DNA of 64,000 bases from a virus (IMGVR_UViG_3300033075_001536:96001-160000), one strand, 5' to 3'; shown: positions 30,762 to 41,868, counted from the first letter of the stretch. A program made the numbers and translations. Notes: generated by a model not told the origin, from the letters alone.

Positions 30762-31757
30762 TTATAGAAAATCTATATTATTTAGTTTGTTTAAGTTATA
30801 TTTGAATTTTTCGTTGTTTAATATTCCAGTTACCACAGAGATATTTACCTCATAGATATTTTCATATGAATCAACTTTGAAAATGGAACTATCATAATCA
30901 CATTCGATGACAACACCGGTTATTGATATGGTGTTTCCTTGAAAGTCCTCCCAATCAAATTCCAGTTCGGTTCCTGGGTAGATATTTCTATTTTTTATTT
31001 CTTTTGGATTACTTGTTTTACCAATGTGATCTTGAAGTTCATTAATAATCATATTTCTCCATTTATTATCTAGTAGTTTAAACATATTAAATAAATTATC
31101 GGAAAAATAAACAGATAGCTCATTGAATAGTTCTATATTTGTGAAACTTTCATTGGTTAAGTGAGTCTTTAATAAGAAGTAATAGGTATTGAAATCAACC
31201 CTAGATGGTTTTCTTCTGTTATTTAAAAAGTTTATGGTGGTGTTTTCAGTTAAAACCTTATACACTTTTTCCTTTACTAACTTGGATCTTAAATATTGCT
31301 CGTTATCGTTGGATTCTAGGAAAAATGGGGAAGACCTATCTAAATCAAACTTGTCATTAAAGTACATAAAAGAGGCATCTATTTCTTCCTCCTCTGTCTT
31401 TTCTTCTTTTTTGCCTTTAAATATAGAGTCATATTTAAGAGAGTGTTTACCTTCAACTTTATGTTTAGATAGAATAACTTCAGGATCAGTATCGTCCACC
31501 TCTCCTATTATTTCTTCTAAAATCTCATCTACATTCTTAGATTCGTCCTTTTTTGGTGACTCTTCTTCAAACAAATCATCATCCGATATTTCAATAACTA
31601 TATCTATATCTTCGTCTTCATCTGAAATGGATGATCCAGATTCTGGCTCACATTGAGCCTCTTCTTCAATCTTTTCTTCTTTTTCAAAATCTTTAGGCTC
31701 TTCATCTAAAATTTCGTCATCTTTTTCAATTTCGTCATCTAATTCTTTTTTAATCAT
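30762..31757 (-). CDS. Hypothetical protein with acidic N-terminus
   Basis: D/E-rich first third; lies between helicase and RNR. Confidence 0.65.
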   Translation of the reverse strand: MIKKELDDEIEKDDEILDEEPKDFEKEEKIEEEAQCEPESGSSISDEDEDIDIVIEISDDDLFEEESPKKDESKNVDEILEEIIGEVDDTDPEVILSKHKVEGKHSLKYDSIFKGKKEEKTEEEEIDASFMYFNDKFDLDRSSPFFLESNDNEQYLRSKLVKEKVYKVLTENTTINFLNNRRKPSRVDFNTYYFLLKTHLTNESFTNIELFNELSVYFSDNLFNMFKLLDNKWRNMIINELQDHIGKTSNPKEIKNRNIYPGTELEFDWEDFQGNTISITGVVIECDYDSSIFKVDSYENIYEVNISVVTGILNNEKFKYNLNKLNNIDFL

Positions 31758-31775
31758 TAAGATTTTTATTATTTT

Positions 31776-33101
31776 TTATACGTCTATAAACGTATCATTT
31801 TCTAGCAAAAGATAAGTTGGATTTAAATTTATCTTAACTTGTGATTTTAGAAAATCACCATCTCTCTGCTTCAACAATTTGAATCTAAATACATTTTGTC
31901 TTTTCATTTCTTCGGTTCTTATTATAGCAAAGAAGGTGTCAGCAGTTTCAGCAATTGCTTTAGATTCTGGGACAGATTCCAAGGTAATATCATTGGAGTT
32001 CCATGCTCCTTTAGCAAGTTGTATTCCGGTAATCACCGGAATTTTATATTTAGCCCCCATGGCTCTAAGTCCTTCTGCCAAATGCTTACCATTGGAGTAT
32101 AGAGAATCATTATTTCCCTTACTACCAGCAATAAGCGTAATATAATCCACTATTAATAGATCTATTTTTATATTTCTTTTTTCTTTTAATTTTTGTATAT
32201 AATTATCAAAATCTTGGATATTTGCTGTACCAGCTGCCCAGAATTTAGTAATTATTTTACCCACTTTCTTCTCAAATAAATCATCATTTCCTAATGTAGA
32301 TAGTGCTTTTATTTTTTTCTGAATAAGCGCTGTATCTTTAGATATTTTATCATAGTCATTGATGGGTATCTTTAAGCGCATAGCGCCAAGTCTCTTCATT
32401 ACCTTTCTTTCACTCATTTCCAGAGTTACATATAAAACATTATATCCAAGATCTGCTGACTTTACTGCAAAGTTTTGCATCCAAAGGGATTTACCATTAT
32501 TGGTCTCTGCCATTATAAGATTTAGTGTTTGAACATCCCATCCTCCACCTAACATATGATCAATGGATTCAAATCCGCAAGATACTTTAAATCTGGAGGT
32601 GTCTTGTAGGTGAGATTCTGCCTCATCAAAGTCAGAACCAAGGTCATCTTCATTAACGAAGTTAGTAGATGACATATCATCAACAATAGCTTTTATTTTA
32701 TTGGCAGCTTCGATTGCTTTTTCAAAATTTGAAATTGAATCGAAATTTCTGGTTTCATCAATGATATCTACGGTTCCAGTTTTGAGACGATTAGTTAAAA
32801 CCCAAGCGTTAAATTTTGGCTCTATGAAGTTTTTATCATCATACTCCGTTAAATTGACTTGTAAAATTGATTTTAAAATTTCCTTGGTGATAATTCCTTC
32901 TCTATCCTCCAGAGAAACCATTTCAAGAATTTGCCTTGGTGATGGAATTTCAGCATCTGGTTTATCAGTCATATACTTTCTAACAACACCATAAACAAAT
33001 TGAATATCTGTATTTCTGAAAAAGTACGGTTTTACAATTTCGAAATATTTTTTATTTTTGAGTATATAATTAAAGAATACTTTTTCAAGTGTCGGGGTCA
33101 T
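31776..33101 (-). CDS. Replicative helicase (T4 gp41/DnaB-like)
   Basis: AETNNGKS Walker A, YVTLEMSE, LIVDY, QL, ESKAIAETAD, LKQRDG. Confidence 0.9.
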   Translation of the reverse strand: MTPTLEKVFFNYILKNKKYFEIVKPYFFRNTDIQFVYGVVRKYMTDKPDAEIPSPRQILEMVSLEDREGIITKEILKSILQVNLTEYDDKNFIEPKFNAWVLTNRLKTGTVDIIDETRNFDSISNFEKAIEAANKIKAIVDDMSSTNFVNEDDLGSDFDEAESHLQDTSRFKVSCGFESIDHMLGGGWDVQTLNLIMAETNNGKSLWMQNFAVKSADLGYNVLYVTLEMSERKVMKRLGAMRLKIPINDYDKISKDTALIQKKIKALSTLGNDDLFEKKVGKIITKFWAAGTANIQDFDNYIQKLKEKRNIKIDLLIVDYITLIAGSKGNNDSLYSNGKHLAEGLRAMGAKYKIPVITGIQLAKGAWNSNDITLESVPESKAIAETADTFFAIIRTEEMKRQNVFRFKLLKQRDGDFLKSQVKINLNPTYLLLENDTFIDV

Positions 33102-33163
33102 TTAAAGATTAAAACTAATTTATTATTATATTACTCGTATGAGCTAAGTTTACTATATATTAC

Positions 33164-35653
33164 TTAGTCGATAGAAGGATTTTCTAATTCATTGGTTTCT
33201 TTAGATTTTTCTTGTTCTTGTTTTAAAATATTTTCATGTTTTTCCCAGAATCTATTAAACACCCAAATGATTCCGTCTCTTCCATTAGATCCATCTGTGT
33301 AGCACTCCTGTGATATAATGTCTCTATATTTAGAGAAAGTCTCGATAATTTTTACTATGTATCTTCCAAAATCACCAGAAACTTCTGAATAACAAAGGTG
33401 TCTTAGAAATTCTCTGTCTGATTTCAGGTCTTGTATTTCTTGGTCTTTAAATCTTAGATCATTTCCTCGATACTCCATAAGACTATTAAATGGACTATTT
33501 GAATCCTTATTCCCATTGATTATAGATACTAAAATATAAACAGCAATTCCTTTCCTGTATCTTTGTAGTGCTTCTTTCCACTCTTCAACGGAAGTTTCCT
33601 TTCCTTTTGGAGAAACTCTGTAATTACCATAGTTGCTATTTCTATAAAAAGCTCGTATATTATTAGATGTGGATTCTAGTTTTAAGAACCCCTCAAAATC
33701 ATATCCATAGTAACTTGAATCATGCATGACTTCGGTAAATTTATTTATTACCCATTCTTTGATAGATACTATTCCACCAAGTTCAAACTTCATTTGAAGA
33801 TTGTTGTAATCATTATAGTTATTTTTTAAATAATTATCAGCACTGCTAAACATACTAACCAAGGTATTAGATCCATCTATCTTATTGTTTATATCTTGAA
33901 TTTCTTTATACAACATTCCTCTATATAAAATTTGCTGAAATTTATTAATTCCCATCCATCTGGTCTCTATTACTTCTAAATTAAAATAATCCACAATAGC
34001 TTTATCACAGAACAATTCGTCTCTATAATATAGTCCAAATGGGTAGTACCCACTATCCAATTTAATGCCTAAGATGTAATAACTTCCGTCTATGGAGATT
34101 AGTCTAATAAATTCCTTTACAATCATATCTCCATCAACTATTTCATATCGTTTTGGTACAGATTTTAGAGTATCTAAATTTTGTTGACCTGTGAGTGTTC
34201 GTATTTTAATACCATTTAGCTCAGTGGTTGAGTTTCCAACTTTGTAGAAATCGATGTAATTGGATCTTCTTCTCAAATTTTGTATTTTTGGTGTCCAGTA
34301 GTCTCCTTCTATAATTGGTGGAACACAATCTTCTTTTCTTAGATATATTTCACCATAATCATAAACATCTGCACAGGCATATAAACCTTCACCCTTTTGT
34401 AAAAGAATTCCAGGATATTTTCCATTATTTTCAACTCTTCTACCCTCGATTTTATAGACATCGTATAAATTATTTTTTGGAATCAATCCCCATTCAGTTT
34501 CAACTAAGCTGTTTTTTAAATAATTTTGTTTATATAGGTCTAAATAGGTTATTTCTTCTTTAAACCCATAGGTACCATTACCCTCAGCATATACTAATTG
34601 GTCTCTTGGAATCCAATCTTGAATGGTGTATATTCCAGCAGCATCTCTTCTTTCAATAAACTCACAATCTCTTTCTCTAACAATATCTTTAGCATAATAG
34701 GAAATAACGAATCCATTCATTCTTTCTGGTCGACCAGATGTATTTCTAACCTTAACATATGGTCCGTTCAATCCGCTATAATTACTTAAAATAGAGTCCT
34801 TTGGATATAAGTAGTAAATGCTATCCATGTATGGATATTTTTTAAAGATTGTTTTTTGTAACTTTACCTTAAATGTTCCTCCATTACCATTCCAATGTGA
34901 ATTGACAAATTTTTGCCCACCAAGATCTATTCCTAGTTTTTCAGCAGCAAAGTCATACATTGTTCTTTGCATATGGTCGTGTGTGTAGTAAATTCTGTCT
35001 AGGTAAATATTTGATCCATTCACCGGAGTTTCTAATTTCCAAACAATTGCTCTTGCTACTAAATCATTATTGTCATCTACATAGATTAATAACCGACAAG
35101 ATTCTGGATTTAAAGCATAAATGTCTAGAAAATCTTGAGTAGTCTCGTACCTCATACAAGAATTATTTAAGGTTCCACCACCTTTATTATAGTTTTTTTC
35201 ATTATACCAGAATCGAATATCTTCTCCACTAACAAATCGCATTTTTTCATCCGATTTAGCATACTTTTTGTTCCAAGTGGCTTTGTATAGATTAACAAAT
35301 TTTTCGATATCAGCATCTGATATATTTTCACCATTAGAAATTAATATTTGACGAACAATTCTACCGATTTTAGCTATATTTCCTTTCTTAGAAAATGGAT
35401 CCTCACCAGCTTCCTTTGCTCTTTTACCTTGTCCATCATTTAGGAAGTTTAATTCATCATTTGATTCGGCTGGTCTAAGATAATTTTGTGATAATTTTAA
35501 ATCTTTTCTATTGGTTATAATTTTAACCAATGAAGCCGCAATTGGAGAACTTGTTTCCATGTATTTCAATAATTGGAATAGCTCACTATCAACCTCCAAA
35601 AGAGATTCAAATAGTTTGAACATAGAAAATATATTATATCTACTTAATTTCAT
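33164..35653 (-). CDS. Large 'SCM...RA.VW...DRIY' domain protein with CTS-like peptide
   Basis: KIGR, GEDIRFWY, GTLNNSCMRY, ARAIVW, YLDRIY, YPYMDS. Confidence 0.7.
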   Translation of the reverse strand: MKLSRYNIFSMFKLFESLLEVDSELFQLLKYMETSSPIAASLVKIITNRKDLKLSQNYLRPAESNDELNFLNDGQGKRAKEAGEDPFSKKGNIAKIGRIVRQILISNGENISDADIEKFVNLYKATWNKKYAKSDEKMRFVSGEDIRFWYNEKNYNKGGGTLNNSCMRYETTQDFLDIYALNPESCRLLIYVDDNNDLVARAIVWKLETPVNGSNIYLDRIYYTHDHMQRTMYDFAAEKLGIDLGGQKFVNSHWNGNGGTFKVKLQKTIFKKYPYMDSIYYLYPKDSILSNYSGLNGPYVKVRNTSGRPERMNGFVISYYAKDIVRERDCEFIERRDAAGIYTIQDWIPRDQLVYAEGNGTYGFKEEITYLDLYKQNYLKNSLVETEWGLIPKNNLYDVYKIEGRRVENNGKYPGILLQKGEGLYACADVYDYGEIYLRKEDCVPPIIEGDYWTPKIQNLRRRSNYIDFYKVGNSTTELNGIKIRTLTGQQNLDTLKSVPKRYEIVDGDMIVKEFIRLISIDGSYYILGIKLDSGYYPFGLYYRDELFCDKAIVDYFNLEVIETRWMGINKFQQILYRGMLYKEIQDINNKIDGSNTLVSMFSSADNYLKNNYNDYNNLQMKFELGGIVSIKEWVINKFTEVMHDSSYYGYDFEGFLKLESTSNNIRAFYRNSNYGNYRVSPKGKETSVEEWKEALQRYRKGIAVYILVSIINGNKDSNSPFNSLMEYRGNDLRFKDQEIQDLKSDREFLRHLCYSEVSGDFGRYIVKIIETFSKYRDIISQECYTDGSNGRDGIIWVFNRFWEKHENILKQEQEKSKETNELENPSID

Positions 35654-36405
35654 ATTTTTTCCTTTATTAATTCAACATTTTTTGGATGCTTGTTATCCAC
35701 TTCAACATCTTTTAAAGCTTTGTCCTTATTTACTTTTATTTTACCTTTTATTTTATCAATAATATATGATATTCCATTTTTTGCAATAATTGAACCTACT
35801 CCAACCCCTATAGCTAGGAAGTTTCCAGGAAGAGAATCTATGGTTAGGTTATATTTTCCAACAACAGCTCCCACAGCATTTAAAACCGGAATTAAAAATG
35901 AAGTATAAGTAAACATATCATATATATATTCTGCTATTTTTCCAGAATGTTTACCAATCAAATTAAATATTGATTGTATAGATTTAAAGCAACTAATTAC
36001 TTTTTTTACAATATTATTTCCAATTCCATTTAATTTTAATTCTTCTAACATGGTTTTGGAATCTTTCTTTAAGCCAACATCTTTTTTAGGATCTTTTTGT
36101 TCTTCTAAATAAATAATAGTTAGAGCTGTTATAATTAATAGAACTATTTTTTCAGGATTCATATCGATATTTAATTTGCTGTTATTGACTAAATCGAATA
36201 TGATTGGATATACTGCTGTTATTCCAGTTCCATAAGTTGTTAGAATGGTGAAATTTAACTTTAGATCTTTTTGAGTTTTCTTAACAACATCTTCAATGAA
36301 AGATTTTTCCACTTTGTCTTCTAAAATCTTTGATCTTAAGTTTTCAATAAAATAATCGGTCATATCCGACTCCAGTGACACTTCGTGGAATTTTTTTATT
36401 TTCAT
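35650..36405 (-). CDS. Putative membrane protein with CTS-like peptide
   Basis: MKIKKFHE; several hydrophobic helices. Confidence 0.6.
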   Translation of the reverse strand: MKIKKFHEVSLESDMTDYFIENLRSKILEDKVEKSFIEDVVKKTQKDLKLNFTILTTYGTGITAVYPIIFDLVNNSKLNIDMNPEKIVLLIITALTIIYLEEQKDPKKDVGLKKDSKTMLEELKLNGIGNNIVKKVISCFKSIQSIFNLIGKHSGKIAEYIYDMFTYTSFLIPVLNAVGAVVGKYNLTIDSLPGNFLAIGVGVGSIIAKNGISYIIDKIKGKIKVNKDKALKDVEVDNKHPKNVELIKEKI

Positions 36406-36509
36406 ATCTATTATATATTAATATCTACAATCAAAAATGATATTTTAGAAAAAGAATAAAAAACGGCTTTTGGTTTTTTATATATAATTAAAAATCGGTA
36501 AAACTAAAC

Positions 36510-37067
36510 ATGAAACATTTAAAAAAATTTGAAAACTTCACAGAAGATAATTTCTCACATGCTGGATTTCCTAGTCCAAGTATGAACCCATCTACGGAAC
36601 TAGAAACAGATCCATCAGAAAATGAATTTGATCAAGAAGAAGAGTTCTTCGATGATGAAAAAGATTTGCGTTATGATGATAACGGTGCTGAAGAATTAGA
36701 TAGACTTGACTATGAAAATACAGAAGATTCTGACGATGAGTTCAATGACTTTGGTGATGATGAAGATGATTTTGATGATGAGTTTACCGATGGGGATGAT
36801 GAATTTTCAGATGAAGGTGATATCGACTTTGAACCAGAAGATGAATTTGGTGTAGAAGATGGTCAAAATTCACGTGTTAAGGGGTTTGATGATTTTGCTT
36901 CAGAGGAGCCGGTTAGTGATGAGCTAGTTGATGATTCTGGACTAGAAGAAGATGATTTTGAAGATCATGGTGATTTTGATGATTTCCCTGTTGAAGAGCC
37001 TAAATTAGAAAGAAACAGTTATAGAAGACAATCTTCAAAAACTCCAAGAAGAGCAAGAAGAAGATAA
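36510..37067 (+). CDS. Highly acidic low-complexity protein with CTS-like peptide and basic tail
   Basis: MKHLKKFENF; D/E/F repeats; C-terminal RRARRR. Confidence 0.7.
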   Translation: MKHLKKFENFTEDNFSHAGFPSPSMNPSTELETDPSENEFDQEEEFFDDEKDLRYDDNGAEELDRLDYENTEDSDDEFNDFGDDEDDFDDEFTDGDDEFSDEGDIDFEPEDEFGVEDGQNSRVKGFDDFASEEPVSDELVDDSGLEEDDFEDHGDFDDFPVEEPKLERNSYRRQSSKTPRRARRR

Positions 37068-37072
37068 AAATA

Positions 37073-37102
37073 AAAAAACCTCAGACTATTCTGAGGTTTT
37101 TT
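37073..37102. terminator. Bidirectional intrinsic terminator
   Basis: AAAAAACCTCAGA-CTAT-TCTGAGGTTTTTT. Confidence 0.8.
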
Positions 37103-37295
37103 CATTTAAAATTTGTTCAAGTGTTTGATCTCGAATTAGTCCACGATTATGTTTATAATAATATTCAATAACCGTTTGTCCATTCTGTCCAGTCTGAATA
37201 CAATAATCCTGCACCTCCTCCGATGTTAGTCCAATATCATATCCATTACAATATATTTTACCATTTTCTATCTTTATATTAGTATCATTAAGCAT
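37086..37295 (-). CDS. Small protein with C-terminal IRDQTLEQIL tail
   Basis: Overlaps the helicase stop; tail motif shared with other ORFs. Confidence 0.6.
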   Translation of the reverse strand: MLNDTNIKIENGKIYCNGYDIGLTSEEVQDYCIQTGQNGQTVIEYYYKHNRGLIRDQTLEQILNEKTSE

Positions 37296-38955
37296 TTTGT
37301 TTAATATTCACTTTTTGTATAGATTCTTGAACCCATTCTGGTATTAAATGTCCTGAATGTCTCAGAACATCAGAAAATCCACCATCAATAATAATAGTAT
37401 CTGCCCAATCATCTATTGATCTAACTGATCTTCCAATCATTTGTAATATCCCACAAACTGTCTTCCAAGAATACCATTCAGGATTGTATTTTTGTCTTAG
37501 TTTATTTTTTTGAGAAGCTATACTTGGATATGGTATTTTAGCAATGATCTGAAATCTTGCTTTATCATCATCAAAACTAACCCCTGTGTCCATACTTGGA
37601 GAAACTATAACACTTGCTTTATCGGTATCGAAGTGTGTTTTTAAAACTTCATCTTTATTGGATGAATCATGGAAAACCAATCTAGGATCATGTACATCTC
37701 TTTCAAACCACTTAGCTAATTCAAATGAATTGGTGTGTATAATTCCTTTTTTATCTGAATATTTCTTGAGTATTTTTCCAACATAAGGAACAAATTTTTT
37801 AAATGTTTCTTCTTTTGTTTTATAAGACATTTTACCAACCGGCATATAGTAAATTGGTCTTGATTTTAGTGGGAATGGTGATTTTATAGAATAGTAGGTT
37901 GCTTTAGAAACATCTAGTCCATTTAGTTGACAAAATAGACTTTTATCTAAAATTGTTCCAGACATCATGAAAACCATATCATATTTTGAAAATATGTATT
38001 TATCAAGGTAGTCAAATGCCCAAATTGGTTCTAATGACAATTCGTGTTTTTTAGTTTTTTCGTTGTAGTTGGATTCTAATACCCAATTGTTTGGATTAAG
38101 TTTATATTCCTTTAGAAATACTTCAATTTTTGTTTTATATTGAGTTAGATCGGTAATGATCTTCATCATTTTTATATCCTTATTCTTTGTTCCAAGAAGT
38201 CTTCCTAATTTATTCTCTCTTCTATCACCAAGTTCGGTTCTCTCTTCGGTAGATAGTCCCCTATCTATATCTCCAATTGTGCTTGTTATTTCTCCAGATA
38301 GATATCCAAGAAAATCAATATACTCTGTAATTGATTTTACCTTTTTTAACTTTTTTATAATTTCATTTTCATTGCTAAATTTTAATCTCTCAATAACCGT
38401 TTCTGTTATTTTAATAGAGATAAAATCAGACATCACATCATCAAATTCGTGTGCTTCATCTACGATTAAAACATTAGCTCCTCTTGATTCTAGAAGTTTT
38501 GGATTATAAAGAGCATATAAAATGTATAAATAGAAATTGGTGAGTGATATTCCACCAGCAATGTATCCATCCTTTGCATAATTATATGGACATGATTCAC
38601 AAGTTGTTTTATTTAATCGATTAAACTCAGCTCCTTGGGCACATGAACATGAATATTTTTCACATTCATAGTTTTCTTTGCCTTTTAGATCGTTAATAGA
38701 ATCATAAGTTTGACTATATTGATCTTGGAGAATTTTCGAATTGGTGATAATATCAATTTTGGAAAAATTAGATACATTTTTTCTGTACCAATCTACAATC
38801 ATTAGTGAGAGGTGACTTTTTCCAACACCTGGTGGTAAATTCAGTAGAAAAAATTTTTTAGTTTTATCTTTTTTCCATTCTGAATCAATAAAGTTCATGG
38901 TCTCAAGTTGCTCTGGACGAGGCTTGAATTTTTGCAAATCTTTCTTTAAGGACAT
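37288..38955 (-). CDS. DinG/Rad3-like SF2 helicase
   Basis: PPGVGKS, LKGKENY.C Cys cluster, IVDEAH, MSGT, GVSF, KIPYP, QMIGRSVR...D. Confidence 0.9.
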   Translation of the reverse strand: MSLKKDLQKFKPRPEQLETMNFIDSEWKKDKTKKFFLLNLPPGVGKSHLSLMIVDWYRKNVSNFSKIDIITNSKILQDQYSQTYDSINDLKGKENYECEKYSCSCAQGAEFNRLNKTTCESCPYNYAKDGYIAGGISLTNFYLYILYALYNPKLLESRGANVLIVDEAHEFDDVMSDFISIKITETVIERLKFSNENEIIKKLKKVKSITEYIDFLGYLSGEITSTIGDIDRGLSTEERTELGDRRENKLGRLLGTKNKDIKMMKIITDLTQYKTKIEVFLKEYKLNPNNWVLESNYNEKTKKHELSLEPIWAFDYLDKYIFSKYDMVFMMSGTILDKSLFCQLNGLDVSKATYYSIKSPFPLKSRPIYYMPVGKMSYKTKEETFKKFVPYVGKILKKYSDKKGIIHTNSFELAKWFERDVHDPRLVFHDSSNKDEVLKTHFDTDKASVIVSPSMDTGVSFDDDKARFQIIAKIPYPSIASQKNKLRQKYNPEWYSWKTVCGILQMIGRSVRSIDDWADTIIIDGGFSDVLRHSGHLIPEWVQESIQKVNIKQNA

Positions 38956-38985
38956 ATTTTATTTATAGATAAAATGTTTGGAAAG

Positions 38986-39597
38986 TTAGAGTTCTTTAAA
39001 TCTTTTTATTCCTTCAAATTTAACATCAGTGAATAGGTCTTTCATTTTCTTTTTTATCTCCCCATCTTTATCTTCAAGTGATTTATATAGATTTTTTAAA
39101 TTTTTATCCGATTGATCCTTTTCATATTTTCTACATTTGAATGTAAAGTCTATGAACTGAATTATCGAATCATCTTCGGATGGGGTTGGTAGAATATCTT
39201 TTGATATCTGTAATTCACCAAGTGTTCTATATCTTTTATTTAAAATTTTATTCTTTTCAGAATAGCAATTTGAAATTACGGAAACTATTTCTTGCTTATC
39301 TGGAACTGATTTGAATTCCATTTCAGCACCAGTAGTCCTAAAATATATTTTTAATAATTTATACTCTTCGTCAATTCTGTCGTGTAGTTCTTCAATGTTT
39401 TCTAAAATTTCTGAATAATCGTTTATTGAAAATCCAGCCTTTCCGCTTTTTTTAAAATTTTTACTAATACTAAATCTAAATTGCTCCCTATCATCATATC
39501 GATATGCCTTATGATCTGGTAAACTACCATAGGAAACGATATAGTCTTTATCTTCTAAGTCTATAGCAAAGTTCCGTAAATCTTCTTGAGTGATCAT
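38986..39597 (-). CDS. Repeated family protein with C-terminal IKRFKE peptide
   Basis: DLRNFAIDLED; TAATATATA promoter. Confidence 0.55.
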   Translation of the reverse strand: MITQEDLRNFAIDLEDKDYIVSYGSLPDHKAYRYDDREQFRFSISKNFKKSGKAGFSINDYSEILENIEELHDRIDEEYKLLKIYFRTTGAEMEFKSVPDKQEIVSVISNCYSEKNKILNKRYRTLGELQISKDILPTPSEDDSIIQFIDFTFKCRKYEKDQSDKNLKNLYKSLEDKDGEIKKKMKDLFTDVKFEGIKRFKEL

Positions 39598-39613
39598 AGG
39601 ATATATATTAATC

Positions 39614-39880
39614 CTATTTTTCCATATATGGCTCGCAAATGTTCCAAATTTCAGACATTTCCATTTCCATCTCTTTGAATTTGAAGGAAATGTTTAATAG
39701 TTTTTTGGCCAACTGTTTACGATTTCTACCCATATCTCCCTCAGAGTCGGTTTCAAATTTTTTGGATAGAGCATTGAATAGTTCAATTAGTGAATCATAT
39801 CGAAGATTGCCTATTTTTTCTGCAAGTTCTGGATTGGATATTCCATTAACTGTTTCTAGATGATGTGAACAAGTTTTCAT
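39614..39880 (-). CDS. Hypothetical protein
   Basis: IGNLRYD...D..R.R.QLA...W.IC.PYM conserved-looking small protein. Confidence 0.6.
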   Translation of the reverse strand: MKTCSHHLETVNGISNPELAEKIGNLRYDSLIELFNALSKKFETDSEGDMGRNRKQLAKKLLNISFKFKEMEMEMSEIWNICEPYMEK

Positions 39881-39882
39881 AG

Positions 39883-40470
39883 TTAGTTTATTATTTCGGA
39901 AATTCGTTTATCTCTTCTAGTTTTAGTGGTTCCTTCAAATTTTGGAAACATATTCTCACCAACTTCAAGTAGTGTTTCTAATTTTCTTTTTATAGTATAT
40001 CCATCTGGATGATCTGTTTTTTGTAGAAGTCTATTTTTATAAGAATAATAATAAAATCCATCTTCTTCTTCACATTTAATTTCTTTAAAAACAGCGCTGA
40101 CCCAACAATCATAAAAATTCCAATTGACATCATTATCAGGAGCAATTATACCAACTATGAGTATAATGGCTAGACAAAATAGGGATATGGTTATACCAAT
40201 TGTTGGTAAAGTGCTTAAATCAGTGTATACCAATTGATCATTTACTAATTTTTGTGGGGTTTTAAATTCTTTTACAGAATAAGAATTTTCAGATTGATAG
40301 ACATAGGCAAATTTACCATTATTTTGGAAAGATGTAATTGGTTTTACACTGTAAATTTCATCTATATTTAGATAGCAAATATAGGACAGAATCGATAATG
40401 ATGATATTAAAACTATCTTATATCTATTTGACTTGATTACGAGACTAATAAATCTAAATATTTTTTTCAT
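39883..40470 (-). CDS. Membrane protein with C-terminal RRDKRISEII tail
   Basis: Two hydrophobic helices plus tail motif. Confidence 0.6.
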   Translation of the reverse strand: MKKIFRFISLVIKSNRYKIVLISSLSILSYICYLNIDEIYSVKPITSFQNNGKFAYVYQSENSYSVKEFKTPQKLVNDQLVYTDLSTLPTIGITISLFCLAIILIVGIIAPDNDVNWNFYDCWVSAVFKEIKCEEEDGFYYYSYKNRLLQKTDHPDGYTIKRKLETLLEVGENMFPKFEGTTKTRRDKRISEIIN

Positions 40471-40497
40471 GCTCTATTATTAATATATAAATATAAG

Positions 40498-40992
40498 ATG
40501 TTTATTTTAAATTACAAAAGTTTCAGTGAAAATAGTTCTATTCTAGAAAGGGGTCGTATATACACAACCAATTTGACACAGGTTAGAAAGATGGATAAAA
40601 TTGACAAAGAAGAAATTGAATATATTTTACAGGATATAAGGGATGATTTTCCGTATTTAAATTTTGAAATTCTTTATACACCAGAAAAAATTGTTGTCAA
40701 TTCAAAGGATATAGAAGTCCCAATTCTTCAATATTTAATCGATAGAGATTTAAAACATATTCAGAAGGGTATTAGAAATTCTATTATTGGAAAATTTGCT
40801 CAAAAAATTAAATCAAGTAAAACAATATCAGATCTACATAAAAAATTGGATCCATATATTAATGAAATAGAGGACAGACTAAAAGATATCGGACTTTCTA
40901 TTAGTTTTCAAATAAAGGATTTTGCTCCAGAGACTTCCTGGGCAGCCAACGGACCTGTTGATGTCATAAAAATTAGACTTCATATATGGTAA
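40498..40992 (+). CDS. CTS-like peptide protein, repeated family
   Basis: YILQDIRDDFP; IEDRLKDIG. Confidence 0.6.
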   Translation: MFILNYKSFSENSSILERGRIYTTNLTQVRKMDKIDKEEIEYILQDIRDDFPYLNFEILYTPEKIVVNSKDIEVPILQYLIDRDLKHIQKGIRNSIIGKFAQKIKSSKTISDLHKKLDPYINEIEDRLKDIGLSISFQIKDFAPETSWAANGPVDVIKIRLHIW

Positions 40993-41642
40993 TTAAAAAA
41001 TTTAATGACTTTTTAGATGATGATACTTTATATATTTTTGATTTAGATGATACTCTAACAAAGAGTCCAAATTTTGAGGATTTAGCTATTGAATTGTTGA
41101 AAGAGTCAAAAAAAGTGGAAGAGCTTTTAGACAAATCTGTTAAATTGATTAATGTAAATAAAAAAGATTTGAAGTGGGAACATGGTAGAATCTATATTCC
41201 TGATCCAAATCATGAAATAAAACCAAAGGGAAACTGGGTTCGTAAAAAAACAAGAGTATATTTAACCTCACCAGATGGTTTTCATTATACCAATGATAGT
41301 TTGCCTGTTAGTCTAAAACCACTTTCAGAATTATATAGAAAGGTTAAAAATAAAGCAATTGTTACTGGAAGAGTGGATGTTATTAAGGAAAAGTTGGAAA
41401 AGAGATTAAAAGAACTTGGTCTGGAACTACCAAATTGTGGGTTTTATTGCTATCCTCAAAGAAATGAAATATCAGAAAGAGTGGCTGCTTGGAAATCTAG
41501 AGTGGTGGTGGATATAATAAAAAAAGGAAAATTTAAGTCAGCTAAATTTTTTGATGATAATAAAAGATGGGTTCGAGCTGTTGATCTTTCTGTAAAAGAA
41601 CATCTTCCAAATATTGAATGGGAATCTAAGATTGTTCGTTGA
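40986..41642 (+). CDS. HAD-superfamily phosphatase with CTS-like peptide
   Basis: IFDLDDTL, VTGR, K, FFDD. Confidence 0.8.
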   Translation: MVIKKFNDFLDDDTLYIFDLDDTLTKSPNFEDLAIELLKESKKVEELLDKSVKLINVNKKDLKWEHGRIYIPDPNHEIKPKGNWVRKKTRVYLTSPDGFHYTNDSLPVSLKPLSELYRKVKNKAIVTGRVDVIKEKLEKRLKELGLELPNCGFYCYPQRNEISERVAAWKSRVVVDIIKKGKFKSAKFFDDNKRWVRAVDLSVKEHLPNIEWESKIVR

Positions 41643-41868
41643 TGCTACAAATTTTAGTAAGTTCTTTGGATATATTCTCGTCTATACTTCTTATGGTCTC
41701 TGCGTATTCTAGTCTAATATTTAAGAGATCTTGTAAAGAGTTTACATCCTTATCCTTTAAATACAGAGATAGAAATTGATCATTTAAATAATTAAAATAT
41801 TGATTGGTTTCACGAACATGATTATAGATATAATCAAATTGGTTCCTTACTATTTCATAATTGCTCAT
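41626..41868 (-). CDS. Small hypothetical protein
   Basis: ORF overlapping the PolB stop. Confidence 0.5.
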   Translation of the reverse strand: MSNYEIVRNQFDYIYNHVRETNQYFNYLNDQFLSLYLKDKDVNSLQDLLNIRLEYAETIRSIDENISKELTKICSINEQS

